Shown: positions 27,474 through 36,362 of the stretch, piece after piece
How positions within the stretch are numbered: position 1 is the stretch's first letter
Layout: each line of letters starts with the position of its first letter
DNA from: a virus
Lineage: Duplodnaviria > Caudoviricetes
Strand: one strand, 5' to 3'
Virus record (IMG/VR): IMGVR_UViG_3300037420_001608
Coordinates: 1 to 45,850 of that record
Length of the DNA: 45,850 bases
Translations under genes and position numbers: made by a program
Notes under the pieces: model-generated
What the model was told of the DNA's origin: nothing
Seen by the model: the letters and a program-made list of their open reading frames with translations, nothing else
The model's database searches: none

Positions 27474-27493
27474 TCGAACAGACGTTCTATCGT
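27474..27493 (+). promoter_or_regulatory. LexA (SOS) box overlapping a -10 element
   Basis: TCGAAC-AGAC-GTTCTA (one mismatch to actinobacterial TCGAAC-N4-GTTCGA) overlaps TATCGT, 6 nt before ATG 27500. Confidence 0.75.
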
Positions 27494-27499
27494 TGTCCT

Positions 27500-27736
27500 A
27501 TGGCCGGCGGAGCATCACGGAGGTTACAACCGCACCCCATCCCGCCCACGCCACCGAGCCGACGCCACTGCTGGGTTGACGGCACCCGCGAGGCCCCAGG
27601 CCCACACCCCGGCATCGTCATCGCTTGGGAGCAGCGAGACGGCGCATGGTTCGCCCTCGTCTCCTATTACCTGGAGACAGACGGCGTGCTCGCCCAGCAG
27701 TGGCTCGCCGCCGAGCTGCTCACTCCGGTCGGCTGA
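27500..27736 (+). CDS. Small SOS-inducible hypothetical protein
   Basis: Leaderless start under the SOS box; HCWV...PGIVIAW...W...QQWL motif; hairpin downstream at 27737-27760. Confidence 0.75.
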   Translation: MAGGASRRLQPHPIPPTPPSRRHCWVDGTREAPGPHPGIVIAWEQRDGAWFALVSYYLETDGVLAQQWLAAELLTPVG

Positions 27737-27913
27737 GGCTGGGGTGTGCACCCCCCAGCCACGGCTGCGCTTCCCGCGTATCTGGGGTGTCCTGGCCGCA
27801 GCTCCGACACTTGCCTACCCGACCTCATCGAGGCACCCCTTCCGGGCTGGCTTGTGGACAGCGCGCGGACCGCAGGAGGGGGTGTGGATGAAGCCCTGCG
27901 CTTCCCTCGACCG

Positions 27914-27943
27914 TAGTTAAGGTTGCGCCTTCATCCTTAACTA
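27914..27943. repeat. AT-rich palindrome TAGTTAAGGTTG-cgcctt-CATCCTTAACTA
   Basis: 12-bp arms with one mismatch around a 6-bp spacer. Confidence 0.8.
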
Positions 27944-27946
27944 ACG

Positions 27947-28182
27947 GGTCCGTCACTGGTCCGTCAGAGCGTCCGCCGAGGCGTCCTGGTCCGCACAGGT
28001 CCGTCCCCCATCTGGTCCCCCACTTTCCGGCACTGTCCCGCACTGTCATGGCGTCTGCGCAGGTCAGGTCACTCCCACGCACGGCGAGCACGATTCCACG
28101 CTCAGATCGGTCGGAAGATGCCGAAGTGATCTATCACGCTCTGACCTGCGCTTTCACTTGGGTTGGTCCGTATCTGGTCCGT
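27947..28182. other. Putative attP
   Basis: GGTCCG arm-type repeats at 27947, 27958, 27988, 27998, 28165, 28176; CACT(T/G)TC x3 at 10-bp period (28021-28047); inverted GCGCAGGTCAG/CTGACCTGCGC; core-like AGATC..TCGG-aagatg-CCGA..GATCT near 28104-28132; adjacent to the int 3' end. Confidence 0.72.
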
Positions 28183-29290
28183 GCGCCGCGTCGATTGCCG
28201 CCAAGATCAGCGCCACATCCGACGGCCACAAGTGCGCATAGGTCCGCAGTGTCTCCGAAGGGTCGGCGTGCCCCAACCGGTCCGCGACCGCCCTCGGAGA
28301 GCGCCCGCTCGCGATCAGCAACGACGCGTGGTGATGCCGCAGATCATGCCACCCCGACCGGGCCGGCAGCCCCATGCCCTCAGTCGCCCGGGACCAGATC
28401 TCCGACAGCCGGCCCCGGCCCAACGGGTTGCCGCGGCTCGAGGTGAAGAGCAGCCCGTTTGGCCCGGGCGGGAACTGCTCCAGGTGCTCCAGCAGGCGCT
28501 TGTGGGTGACCGTGGCCAACTGCAACGTCCGGTACGACGCGTCAGTCTTCAGCGGCCCCCACACGAGCTTCGTCGCCGAGGTGCCCTCGTCCAGCTGGCG
28601 GTCGACGCGCAGCATGTCATCCACGAGACGGTCGACGGTCAGGCTCTTGAGCTCGCCAGGCCGAAGCCCCGTCCCCGCGCCGAGCCACACCATCCCGGCG
28701 AGGTTGGCTGGCACCGCGTCGGCGATGTGCCGCACCTGGGCGACCTCGAGGGGCCGCAGCAGCCGACGGCCCACAGGCGGCAGGTTGATGCTCCGGCACG
28801 GGGTCACCGCGACGGCCCGGTCCTCGACCGCGCTGTTGAAGATCGCGGCGATGTACGAGTAGAGCTGGCGCACCGACACGGGCGCCATGCCTTCGTCGAT
28901 CGCCTTCGTCGAGATCAGCGACTGAATGTGCGAGCGGGTGACCCACTGCAACGGCATGGCCCCGAGCGTCGGCTTCGCGTGCAGCCGGATCAACCGGTCG
29001 GTGTTGGCGCGCGTCCGGGGCGCCTGGTGCACCTGGTGCGCCAGCCACCGGTCCGCGTAGTCCCCGAAGGAGATCCGGGTCTCTGACACGTAGCTGCCGG
29101 TCCGCTTCGACACGTCGACGGTGGACAGGTGCGCCTCCGCGGCGTCCTTGGTCGCGAACGCCTTCGTCTTCTCGCGGCCGGTCGGCTCGATCCAGGACGC
29201 GAGCCACCGCTTCCCACGGCCGTGACGTGGCCCCTTGACCCGCCGGCCATTAGGCCCGGGTACGGTCCACCGGTCCTTGACGTGCCCCAT
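28154..29290 (-). CDS. int: Tyrosine integrase
   Basis: TGLRPGE, LKT, HDLRHHHAS, LGHAD, TLRTYAHLW catalytic R-K-H-R-H-Y; arm-binding N-terminus; start at ATG 29290. Confidence 0.97.
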   Translation of the reverse strand: MGHVKDRWTVPGPNGRRVKGPRHGRGKRWLASWIEPTGREKTKAFATKDAAEAHLSTVDVSKRTGSYVSETRISFGDYADRWLAHQVHQAPRTRANTDRLIRLHAKPTLGAMPLQWVTRSHIQSLISTKAIDEGMAPVSVRQLYSYIAAIFNSAVEDRAVAVTPCRSINLPPVGRRLLRPLEVAQVRHIADAVPANLAGMVWLGAGTGLRPGELKSLTVDRLVDDMLRVDRQLDEGTSATKLVWGPLKTDASYRTLQLATVTHKRLLEHLEQFPPGPNGLLFTSSRGNPLGRGRLSEIWSRATEGMGLPARSGWHDLRHHHASLLIASGRSPRAVADRLGHADPSETLRTYAHLWPSDVALILAAIDAAHGPDTDQPK

Positions 29291-29526
29291 CAGCCAGCCC
29301 TTCTCCCCCGAGCCCTGAGGCGCAGCCGCTCGGTCAGGATCGCGGTCGTGCCGGGGTCTGCCTCCCACGCCTCGCGGGTGCCGAGCGCGTGCACGAGCCG
29401 CTGGTAGTGGCGGGTCTCGTTGACACCGAACGTCTCTCGGATCGCCTGGGCTTTCCGCCCATCCAGGGCCGCGGGCTCGTTCAGCCAGCGACGCTCGAAC
29501 GCGAGAAGGTCCGCAGCCGGCACCAT
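29290..29526 (-). CDS. DUF3263-like protein
   Basis: LLAFERRW...KAQAIRETFG...RHYQRL...DP motif; coupled to int. Confidence 0.8.
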   Translation of the reverse strand: MVPAADLLAFERRWLNEPAALDGRKAQAIRETFGVNETRHYQRLVHALGTREAWEADPGTTAILTERLRLRARGRRAG

Positions 29527-29903
29527 CAGAGGCCCTGGAGCAGCGGTCGATGCTGCGGACACTTGGCCGCCACAGCCCCACCGATGAGGGTGGTGGCTGT
29601 GGGGGCGTCGAATACCTTCCGGCTCACGAACTCGCTCCGCAGAGCGAGGATCGCCTGACCGTTCGGATGAGCCGTGATGTAGTCACACACTCTGCTGAAG
29701 GCCTGCCGGATCTGCTCGTCCGGGATGTTCGGGTTAGCTGCGTGCACGAGGGAGATCGCGTCGCGCTCGACGTCGGCGGCGCTGCGAGTCGTGCTCGTCG
29801 GCGCGGGCGCCGGAGTGCTCGTCGTCACATGGTCGCCTGTCACGCTCGAGCTGCACCCGGCCAGCGCGGAGAGCGCCACCAGGACTCCTGCCGTGTACCT
29901 CAT
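29526..29903 (-). CDS. Lipoprotein, candidate superinfection exclusion
   Basis: Lipobox LAGC, Thr/Pro linker, two further Cys; located in the immunity operon. Confidence 0.75.
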   Translation of the reverse strand: MRYTAGVLVALSALAGCSSSVTGDHVTTSTPAPAPTSTTRSAADVERDAISLVHAANPNIPDEQIRQAFSRVCDYITAHPNGQAILALRSEFVSRKVFDAPTATTLIGGAVAAKCPQHRPLLQGL

Positions 29904-29926
29904 GGTGCTCCCCTATCCGACCATCG

Positions 29927-30361
29927 TCAGACGGTCTGGTCCTGATCGTTGCTGGGTTCGTGCTCTGTCGCCCGTCGAAGCACTGCGCGCTCTGACGGGT
30001 GCAGATGTCTCAGGCGGACGTGCACCACGTCCTCCGTCACGTTCAGCTCGTCCGCGAGCTCCGGCATCGACCGCGCCCACTTCGCCGCCCGGACCAGGTC
30101 CTCGAGCCGGATCAGCGCGTGAGCGGTGGCCACATCAACCGTCCGCTCCTCGTAGAGAACATTGCCGCCCGGGCCACGCAGCACGTGCTGCCGCTCGTGC
30201 TCGATGACACACCGCCGCTGCACCTGCGACAGGCCCACGCGAACCCAGATCGTCCGGTCCGCCCACCTGGTCGCGGCGTCCACGCCGTCGGGCAGATCAC
30301 TGGTCCAGTAGACGGTCCAATCGACGAGTGCGCGTACGGCACGCCACGGGTGATGCATCAC
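29927..30361 (-). CDS. immA: ImmA/IrrE-family metallopeptidase (anti-repressor)
   Basis: QRRCVIEHERQH (HExxH)...EE...LADELNVT...RL. Confidence 0.9.
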   Translation of the reverse strand: MMHHPWRAVRALVDWTVYWTSDLPDGVDAATRWADRTIWVRVGLSQVQRRCVIEHERQHVLRGPGGNVLYEERTVDVATAHALIRLEDLVRAAKWARSMPELADELNVTEDVVHVRLRHLHPSERAVLRRATEHEPSNDQDQTV

Positions 30362-30424
30362 GGACGAACCCCTGACTCTTCGTTCGTCAGGCCCCTTCCT
30401 GGACCTGTTCGCGCACCGTATCCG

Positions 30425-30898
30425 TCAGCTCTGACGGTCCCCGTCGCGCCGCCGGCGAGTGCGGTGCGCTGCCGCCCGACCCTCGTTGATGTCGTCCATC
30501 GTCGGAGGCTTCGGTAAGTCCTTCACGTTCGAGCCGGCTTGCCCGGCCTCGTTGGTGGCGGCGGCATCAGCCACACCACCCTCGATGCGCCGGCGCACTT
30601 CCTCGAGCAGCTGATCGGTGCTGAGCGCCCGCGGCGACGCGACAGCGACCTCGGTCACGTCGATCGGCACCCCGCAGGCCTGGGCGGCCTTGAGGACGAT
30701 CGTGTTGAGCGGCACCCGCAGCCCGCGGGACAGCCCGACGAGCGTCTCCTCGTTCGGGAGACGCGACAGCCGGTCGCGGTCGTCGTTCAGCATCTTCGAC
30801 AGGTGCTGCTTCGACAGCCCGGACTGGCGTACTAGGTCCGCGGGGGTCCATCCGTTGTCCTCCAGCTGTTGCTCGATGAAGCGACGCAGTGCGTGCAC
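30425..30898 (-). CDS. Immunity repressor (XRE HTH)
   Basis: WTPADLVRQSGLSKQHLSKML HTH; divergent from Cro; start GTG 30898 with GAGGAAGG RBS. Confidence 0.85.
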   Translation of the reverse strand: MHALRRFIEQQLEDNGWTPADLVRQSGLSKQHLSKMLNDDRDRLSRLPNEETLVGLSRGLRVPLNTIVLKAAQACGVPIDVTEVAVASPRALSTDQLLEEVRRRIEGGVADAAATNEAGQAGSNVKDLPKPPTMDDINEGRAAAHRTRRRRDGDRQS

Positions 30899-30952
30899 GG
30901 ATAAACCTTCCTCTGCGCAGTCGAGCGGCGCCACGCCGGTAGGCCACGCGCC

Positions 30953-31111
30953 TGTCAACCGCAAGGGGACTTGCGGACGCCTCATGTTGTCAACCAACAG
31001 ATGCGCAGGTCAACGCGCGAACGGGCATCTGGCTGCGAAACCACATTCATGTAACCGGTTGACACCCAGTCAACCTCCATGCGACTCTTGGTCCACACAA
31101 GGTTGACAACC
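30953..31111. promoter_or_regulatory. Lysis/lysogeny switch operators and promoters
   Basis: Repeated GGTTGAC/GTCAACC half-sites near 30954, 30989, 31057-31075 (palindrome with 5-nt spacer) and 31101; TTGACA -35 at 31059. Confidence 0.75.
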
Positions 31112-31129
31112 AGAAGGGAGAGGGTGAGG

Positions 31130-31438
31130 ATGAGCAAATCCCGACGAATCGCCCCACGGAGCCGCTGGATGAAACTGCGAGATGCCGACTTGCTCGTCGC
31201 CCACATGAAGCACAGGGACTTCAGCCAGGCCCGCCTGGCACGAGCCGCTGGATGCTCTCGACAGTTCATCCACCTGCTCACGAAGGGCGAGAAGAGGTCC
31301 TGCACGGAGAAGATCGCGCGACGCATCGAGCAAGCTCTCGACGTGCCGGAGACGACTCTTTTTTTGCGCATGGAGTCCCCTGTGAAGGGACCACAGGTCG
31401 CCCGATCGACGACGCGTCAGACGCGGAGGGCGGCATGA
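31130..31438 (+). CDS. cro: Cro-like XRE HTH regulator
   Basis: FSQARLARAAGCSRQFIHLL...RIEQALDVP...LF; first gene of the early rightward operon. Confidence 0.85.
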   Translation: MSKSRRIAPRSRWMKLRDADLLVAHMKHRDFSQARLARAAGCSRQFIHLLTKGEKRSCTEKIARRIEQALDVPETTLFLRMESPVKGPQVARSTTRQTRRAA

Positions 31439-31701
31439 ACACCGCGACCCGCATCCGGGCGCTCCCGTGGATCAACGACGCCGCGCTCTTCCAGCTCGAC
31501 CAGCCGATCGAGCTGCCCACCGGTCAGCGCGTCGACTACGTCGTCGTCTCCATCGGGCCCCGCACGAACGGCGACCACGGAACCCTCGTCGTCATCGCCG
31601 ACGCCGACGGCAACGTCACCAGCTGGGCGCCGCTGGCCGTGCTCGAAGTCGACAACCACGCCGACGCGCTCAAGCAGCTCGGCTACGAGGTGGCGGCGTG
31701 A
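31435..31701 (+). CDS. Hypothetical phage protein
   Basis: ATGA coupling, GGAGG RBS. Confidence 0.75.
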   Translation: MNTATRIRALPWINDAALFQLDQPIELPTGQRVDYVVVSIGPRTNGDHGTLVVIADADGNVTSWAPLAVLEVDNHADALKQLGYEVAA

Positions 31702-31901
31702 GCACGAAGAAGCCGACCGTCCTCCTGACCGCGCAGCAGGTCGCGGAGCGCCTCGGGGAGCACCTCGAGACCGTCCGCACCCACACGCGCCGCGGCGAGT
31801 ACGCCGCGTTCGCGCTGAACCTCGGCACGCAGAACCGGCCGCGCTGGCGCTACGACGAGCAGCTGCTCGAGCGCTGGCTCGACAGCAGGCGCGCCGCCTA
31901 G
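31698..31901 (+). CDS. xis: Excisionase-like HTH protein
   Basis: LLTAQQVAERLG...TVR...RRGE...RWRY...LERWL. Confidence 0.75.
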   Translation: MSTKKPTVLLTAQQVAERLGEHLETVRTHTRRGEYAAFALNLGTQNRPRWRYDEQLLERWLDSRRAA

Positions 31902-32022
31902 ATCGCCGGGCCGGCGGGGTCAGACCCCCCAACCGCCGGTCCGTGCAAGACCCCAGAGAAATGACGGAGCACCCGCTCCTGGCAAGGAAACAACGGGTGC
32001 TCACGACGGAAGGAATCGTCTC

Positions 32023-32355
32023 ATGACGACCCAGCAGGTCACCATCATCACCCCCACGGAGCGCGTTGCGCGTCTCTCTGAGATCGCCTCGGTCGTCGAG
32101 GCCGCGCACGTCGACCCGTGGAACCTCAGCATCAGCCGCGACGGCAACATCACCATCCAGTGCATCGACGCTGACGACGTCGACTCGGTGATGGAACTCC
32201 TCGACGATGCGCCCTCGCCCTACGCATCCGGCCACACGCTGTACACGCGCTGGGCCACGTTCGACGAGGTCATCGGTGTGCAGGTCTACGGACCGGCCCG
32301 CGCTGGCGGCTGTTCCTGCGGGCACGCCTGCGACCACAAGGACGGTGGCCGATGA
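32023..32355 (+). CDS. Hypothetical protein
   Basis: AAGGA RBS, coupled to the next gene. Confidence 0.75.
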   Translation: MTTQQVTIITPTERVARLSEIASVVEAAHVDPWNLSISRDGNITIQCIDADDVDSVMELLDDAPSPYASGHTLYTRWATFDEVIGVQVYGPARAGGCSCGHACDHKDGGR

Positions 32356-32618
32356 GCACCCAGCCCATCATCTCCGCGGCTCTCGACATGGCGACCGTCG
32401 CGGACACTCGCTGGCTCATCACCGAGCTGCGCGCCGACGGCCACTCCATCGAGCAGACCTCAGAGATCGCCGCCGAGCACCTCGCCGACATGGTCGCCCT
32501 CTACGGCCCCGCCGAGCGGGAGCGTCGCTACGCCGAAGAGACCCGCGCCATCGAGGCATCCCTCATCCGGCAGGACCGGTTCTACCGCCAGGCCGCGTGG
32601 ATCGAGGCCACGTCATGA
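32352..32618 (+). CDS. Hypothetical protein
   Basis: ATGA coupling on both sides. Confidence 0.75.
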   Translation: MSTQPIISAALDMATVADTRWLITELRADGHSIEQTSEIAAEHLADMVALYGPAERERRYAEETRAIEASLIRQDRFYRQAAWIEATS

Positions 32619-32929
32619 GCGCCCCCCGGACCCTCAACCAGTGCATGACCGAGCGCCCGGCCGGGCAGCCCGGCGAGGTGAAGCAGGGCTTCGCCTACCC
32701 GGCCGTCCGTGACGACGCAGGCGTCGTCTTCTACTGGCGCGACACCGAATCCGCCACCGCGCACTGGATGGTCGCCCCGGCCCGGCTCGCCGAGTCCTTC
32801 ATCGCAGGCCCCGAGTGGCAGGCCGACTGTGACCACCAGCACTCCGTGCCATGGCGCACCTGCGACACCGAGAACGACTGCCTCTCGCTGCGCCGCGAGG
32901 AGGCCCGCATCGGAGGTGACTGGCGATGA
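32615..32929 (+). CDS. Hypothetical protein
   Basis: ATGA coupling; Cys/His cluster. Confidence 0.7.
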   Translation: MSAPRTLNQCMTERPAGQPGEVKQGFAYPAVRDDAGVVFYWRDTESATAHWMVAPARLAESFIAGPEWQADCDHQHSVPWRTCDTENDCLSLRREEARIGGDWR

Positions 32930-33255
32930 CCGACACCACGATTGCGCTGCTGCTCGAGGGCGCATCCCTCATCGGGTTCTTCTACCTGCTCCGCGGCAGC
33001 CGCCGCGCCCGCATCGCCGACGCCAAGGCGAAGCACCCCGCCACCCGGGCACAGACCATCGCCACCGCGGCGGCCGACCGCGTCGTACTCCAGCACGGCC
33101 TCACCGCCTGGATCCGCTGCACCGTCTGCGGACACCGCGAGATGCGCCACCACCTCGAGCCAGCCGAGCTCGTCGACGCCCTCACCGACCCGCGGCCCGT
33201 CTGCTCCCGATGCACCGACGTCCTCGACGCCGTAGCCGAGGACGTGCGCTCATGA
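32926..33255 (+). CDS. Membrane-anchored Zn-finger protein
   Basis: N-terminal TM; CTVC...CSRC. Confidence 0.7.
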   Translation: MTDTTIALLLEGASLIGFFYLLRGSRRARIADAKAKHPATRAQTIATAAADRVVLQHGLTAWIRCTVCGHREMRHHLEPAELVDALTDPRPVCSRCTDVLDAVAEDVRS

Positions 33256-34169
33256 CCTCCCCGAAGCAGGCCCACGACACCGACCACGGCCGGTACTACA
33301 CGCACCCCATCACCGGGCAGCAGCTCGTCTCCATCACCAACGTCCTCGACTCGATCTCCAAGCCCGCCCTCGTGCCCTGGGCAGCGAAGGTCACCGCCGA
33401 CAAGGCGCTCGACATGCTCCCAATGCTCGTCGCGTCCGGCCTGATCGAAGAGTGCAAGCCGAAGCGCGTCGCCGACGAATGCGGCCGCTGCACCCCCTGC
33501 CTGGTCAAGACCATCAAGCGCGAGATCAAGGTCGTCCGCGAGACCGCCGCCGACCTGGGCACCCGCGTCCACGACCACGCCGAGGCACACCTCACCGGCC
33601 GCGCGATCATGACCGACGAGGAGGTCGAGCCGTTCCTCGCGCAGTACCTCCGGTTCCTCGCCGACTACGACATCGACATCACCGAGCACGTCGAGGCCGC
33701 CGAGCTCACCGTCGCGCACCCCTCACTCGGTCTCGCCGGAACGCTCGACGTGATGGCGTGGCTGCGCCTCGACGGGCTCATCGAAGGCAAGGTCAAGCAG
33801 CTGCCCGCGGGCAAGCGTGCCCTCTGGATCTACGACATCAAGACCAGCAGCACCAAGGCCGCGGACGTGCTCTACGACGAGCAGCCGCTGCAGCTCGCCG
33901 CGCAGCGCCACGCGCAGGAGGCGTGGCTGCCCGACGGTTCCGTCATCCCGATGCCGAAGCCCATCGCCGGCACCGCGATCCTCAACCTCCGCATCGACTC
34001 CTACGAGTTCATCCCCGTGCCCTCCGGCCTCGAGGAGTGGACCGCGTACCGCGGCTTCCTCACCGGCACCCAGTGGCTCCACCAGGACGTCGCCAAGGGC
34101 CTGCGACCCATCACCCCGCGCGGCACGGCCAAGCCGAAGCAGCGCACCAGCACCCGAAAGGCGGCATGA
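33252..34169 (+). CDS. PD-(D/E)XK exonuclease (RecE/Cas4-like)
   Basis: SITNVL...KPALVPWAA...GTRVH...AGTLD...DIKTS...QLAA. Confidence 0.85.
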   Translation: MTSPKQAHDTDHGRYYTHPITGQQLVSITNVLDSISKPALVPWAAKVTADKALDMLPMLVASGLIEECKPKRVADECGRCTPCLVKTIKREIKVVRETAADLGTRVHDHAEAHLTGRAIMTDEEVEPFLAQYLRFLADYDIDITEHVEAAELTVAHPSLGLAGTLDVMAWLRLDGLIEGKVKQLPAGKRALWIYDIKTSSTKAADVLYDEQPLQLAAQRHAQEAWLPDGSVIPMPKPIAGTAILNLRIDSYEFIPVPSGLEEWTAYRGFLTGTQWLHQDVAKGLRPITPRGTAKPKQRTSTRKAA

Positions 34170-34172
34170 GCC

Positions 34173-35273
34173 ATGCCCATCATCAACATACAGCGCCGCA
34201 TGGCCGAGCAGGGCCGGATCCGCTTGGGGCAGAAGGTCACGGGAACCAGCCAGCAGGGCAGGCAGTACACGCGCCCTGAGAAGCTCGACCGGTTCCGCTT
34301 CACCAGCCCCAACCAGCGGCTCATCGAGGAGATCGCCCACCGGTACGGCGGCGAGGCCCGCGCCTGGGACAACGCCGGCAAGGCCGAGTGGGAGGTCATC
34401 TCCGACGCCCGTTCCATCCCCGTCATCGTCGTCAAGGGCGGCTTCTCCCAGTGGTACGAGCTGTGGTCGAAGGCTGGCTGCCTGCACCGCTGCGACGGTG
34501 AGAAGGACGCCACCGGCGCCTACTGCAACCCGGACGACCCTCAGCACATCGAGGCGACGGAGAAGCCGACCACGCGCCTGTCGGTGATGCTCGCCGAGAT
34601 CGAGACGCTCGGCGTCTGGCGGATGGAGTCGAAGGGCTGGAACGCGGCCGCCGAGTTGCCGACCATGGCGGAGCTCGCGATGCACGTGGGTGACCTGGTC
34701 CCGGCGACGCTGTCACTGGCTGAGCGGTCCTCGATCATCGAGACTCCGAAGGGCCCGCAGACGTCCCGGTTCGTGGTGCCGGTCCTTGACCTGCATGTCA
34801 CGAAGAAGCGTCTCGTCGAGCTCGTCGGCGGCACGGGCGGCACACCCGCGATCGAGGCGGGACCGGCCGCGCAGCAGCTCACCGCGATCGAGGCGCCGCG
34901 GCCGGACTATGACGCCATGCTGGCCGACGCTACGTCGGTCGAGCAGTGTCAGCAGATCTGGCGTGACGCCGGTCAGGCCGGGCATCTGGACGAGGAGCTC
35001 AAGGGCCGGATCATGGCCCGTGCGGGCGCGTTCAAGGAGCCCGAGCCGGACGTGCCGTCCGACGAGCCTGTCGACGCCGAGCTGGTGGACGATGCGGGCG
35101 ACCGCGAGGCGGTGTGGCAGGCGCTGGTCCTCGAGTGCGGCAAGCGGGGCGTCGGTAACGCAGCGATGCGCGAGCTGCTCGAGCAGGAGTTCGCCCAGCC
35201 CGTCGCGGACCTGACCGCGGCTGACCTGCAGGCCGCTCTCGACACGCTGCGCGCGCAGCCGGTGCCGGCATGA
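34173..35273 (+). CDS. phiC31 gp3-like (RDF-like) protein, probable recombination partner of the exonuclease
   Basis: GRIRLG...RPEKLDRFRFTS...RCDG...KPTTRLSVML...GVWRMESKGWNAA.EL. Confidence 0.7.
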   Translation: MPIINIQRRMAEQGRIRLGQKVTGTSQQGRQYTRPEKLDRFRFTSPNQRLIEEIAHRYGGEARAWDNAGKAEWEVISDARSIPVIVVKGGFSQWYELWSKAGCLHRCDGEKDATGAYCNPDDPQHIEATEKPTTRLSVMLAEIETLGVWRMESKGWNAAAELPTMAELAMHVGDLVPATLSLAERSSIIETPKGPQTSRFVVPVLDLHVTKKRLVELVGGTGGTPAIEAGPAAQQLTAIEAPRPDYDAMLADATSVEQCQQIWRDAGQAGHLDEELKGRIMARAGAFKEPEPDVPSDEPVDAELVDDAGDREAVWQALVLECGKRGVGNAAMRELLEQEFAQPVADLTAADLQAALDTLRAQPVPA

Positions 35274-36034
35274 ACTGGCACGAGGGCCGCATGTGTCTCT
35301 TCGATCTCGAGACAACTGGCGTCGACCCGCACCGCGACCGCATCGTCACCGCCGCAGTCATCGAGGCCGGAGGCGGCCACCAGACCGTCACCCGCGAGTG
35401 GCTCGTCGACCCCGTCATCGCGATCAGCGAAGGCGCCACCGCCGTCCACGGCATCACCACCGAGCATGCCCGCTTCGGCGGCCGACCCGCCGTCATCGCC
35501 GTCAAGGAGATCGCGCTCGACCTGCTGTCGTGCACCCAGCGCAGCGGCATGCCCGTCATCGGCCACAACGTCAGCTACGACCTCACCATGCTCCACGCCG
35601 AGCTGATCCGCCACGGCCACGATGACCTCGCGCGCAACCTGCTCGCGATCTGCCCGGTGATCGACACGTTCGTCCTCGACAAGTGGGCGGACCGGTACCG
35701 CAAGGGATCTCGAAAGCTCGTCGACGTCGCAGCTCACTACGGCGTCGACCTCTCCGAGCAGGACGCCCACGGCGCAGCCGCCGACGCTCTCGCCGCTGGC
35801 CGGATCGCCTGGCACATCGCCAAGAAGTACCCCGGCGCGCAGGGCTCGGCCCGCGACGTTCACGGCTGGCTCATCGACGAGAAGCGTCAGCAGGCCGAGT
35901 CGTTCGGCGCCTACCTGCGCAAGCAGGGCAAGACCGACGACGTGTCCCGCGAGTGGCCCATCCAGTCCCCTCCCCCGGACTGGTCACCCGATCAACTCCC
36001 CACACCCGCAACCGAATCGGAGGCCGTCGCGTGA
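35270..36034 (+). CDS. DnaQ-like DEDDh 3'-5' exonuclease
   Basis: FDLETTG, VHGIT, GHNVSYD, AHGAAADA. Confidence 0.93.
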   Translation: MNWHEGRMCLFDLETTGVDPHRDRIVTAAVIEAGGGHQTVTREWLVDPVIAISEGATAVHGITTEHARFGGRPAVIAVKEIALDLLSCTQRSGMPVIGHNVSYDLTMLHAELIRHGHDDLARNLLAICPVIDTFVLDKWADRYRKGSRKLVDVAAHYGVDLSEQDAHGAAADALAAGRIAWHIAKKYPGAQGSARDVHGWLIDEKRQQAESFGAYLRKQGKTDDVSREWPIQSPPPDWSPDQLPTPATESEAVA

Positions 36035-36270
36035 GCGCAAACAAGAACATGACCCCGCAGCAGCACTACAGCGAGGCCGAGCGGTGGCTCTGGCTCTCGC
36101 ACGAGCACACCGACACCGGCGACGACCGAGACGCCGCCTCGGCCGTCGCGTTCTGCGCGCAGGCTCAGGTGCACGCCACCCTCGCCGCTGCCGCGGCCAC
36201 GTCCGAGATCGCCAAGCAGGTCAAGGAGATCGGCGACCAGCTCGACACGCTCCCACGCAGGAGCGCGTGA
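36031..36270 (+). CDS. Hypothetical protein
   Basis: GTGA coupling; HYSEAERWL...AQVHATLA. Confidence 0.75.
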   Translation: MSANKNMTPQQHYSEAERWLWLSHEHTDTGDDRDAASAVAFCAQAQVHATLAAAAATSEIAKQVKEIGDQLDTLPRRSA

Positions 36271-36362
36271 TGGAGGTCGCCGTCCTGGTCCTCGCGCCCA
36301 TCTTCGTCATCTGCGGCATCGCCGGGTTCTGGATGCTCTGCACCCGAGGAGGGTCGCGATGA
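36270..36362 (+). CDS. 30-aa single-TM peptide
   Basis: AGGAG RBS, coupled on both sides. Confidence 0.55.
   Translation: MEVAVLVLAPIFVICGIAGFWMLCTRGGSR

Noticed and set aside
27947-30898. Integration-dependent immunity (attP inside the repressor gene, BPs-type)
   Set aside because: The att-like site is downstream of int, far from the repressor; neither Int nor repressor ends in an ssrA-like tag
33252-34169. Cas4-like nuclease as evidence of a CRISPR system
   Set aside because: No repeat-spacer array or other cas genes; it sits in the phage recombination slot
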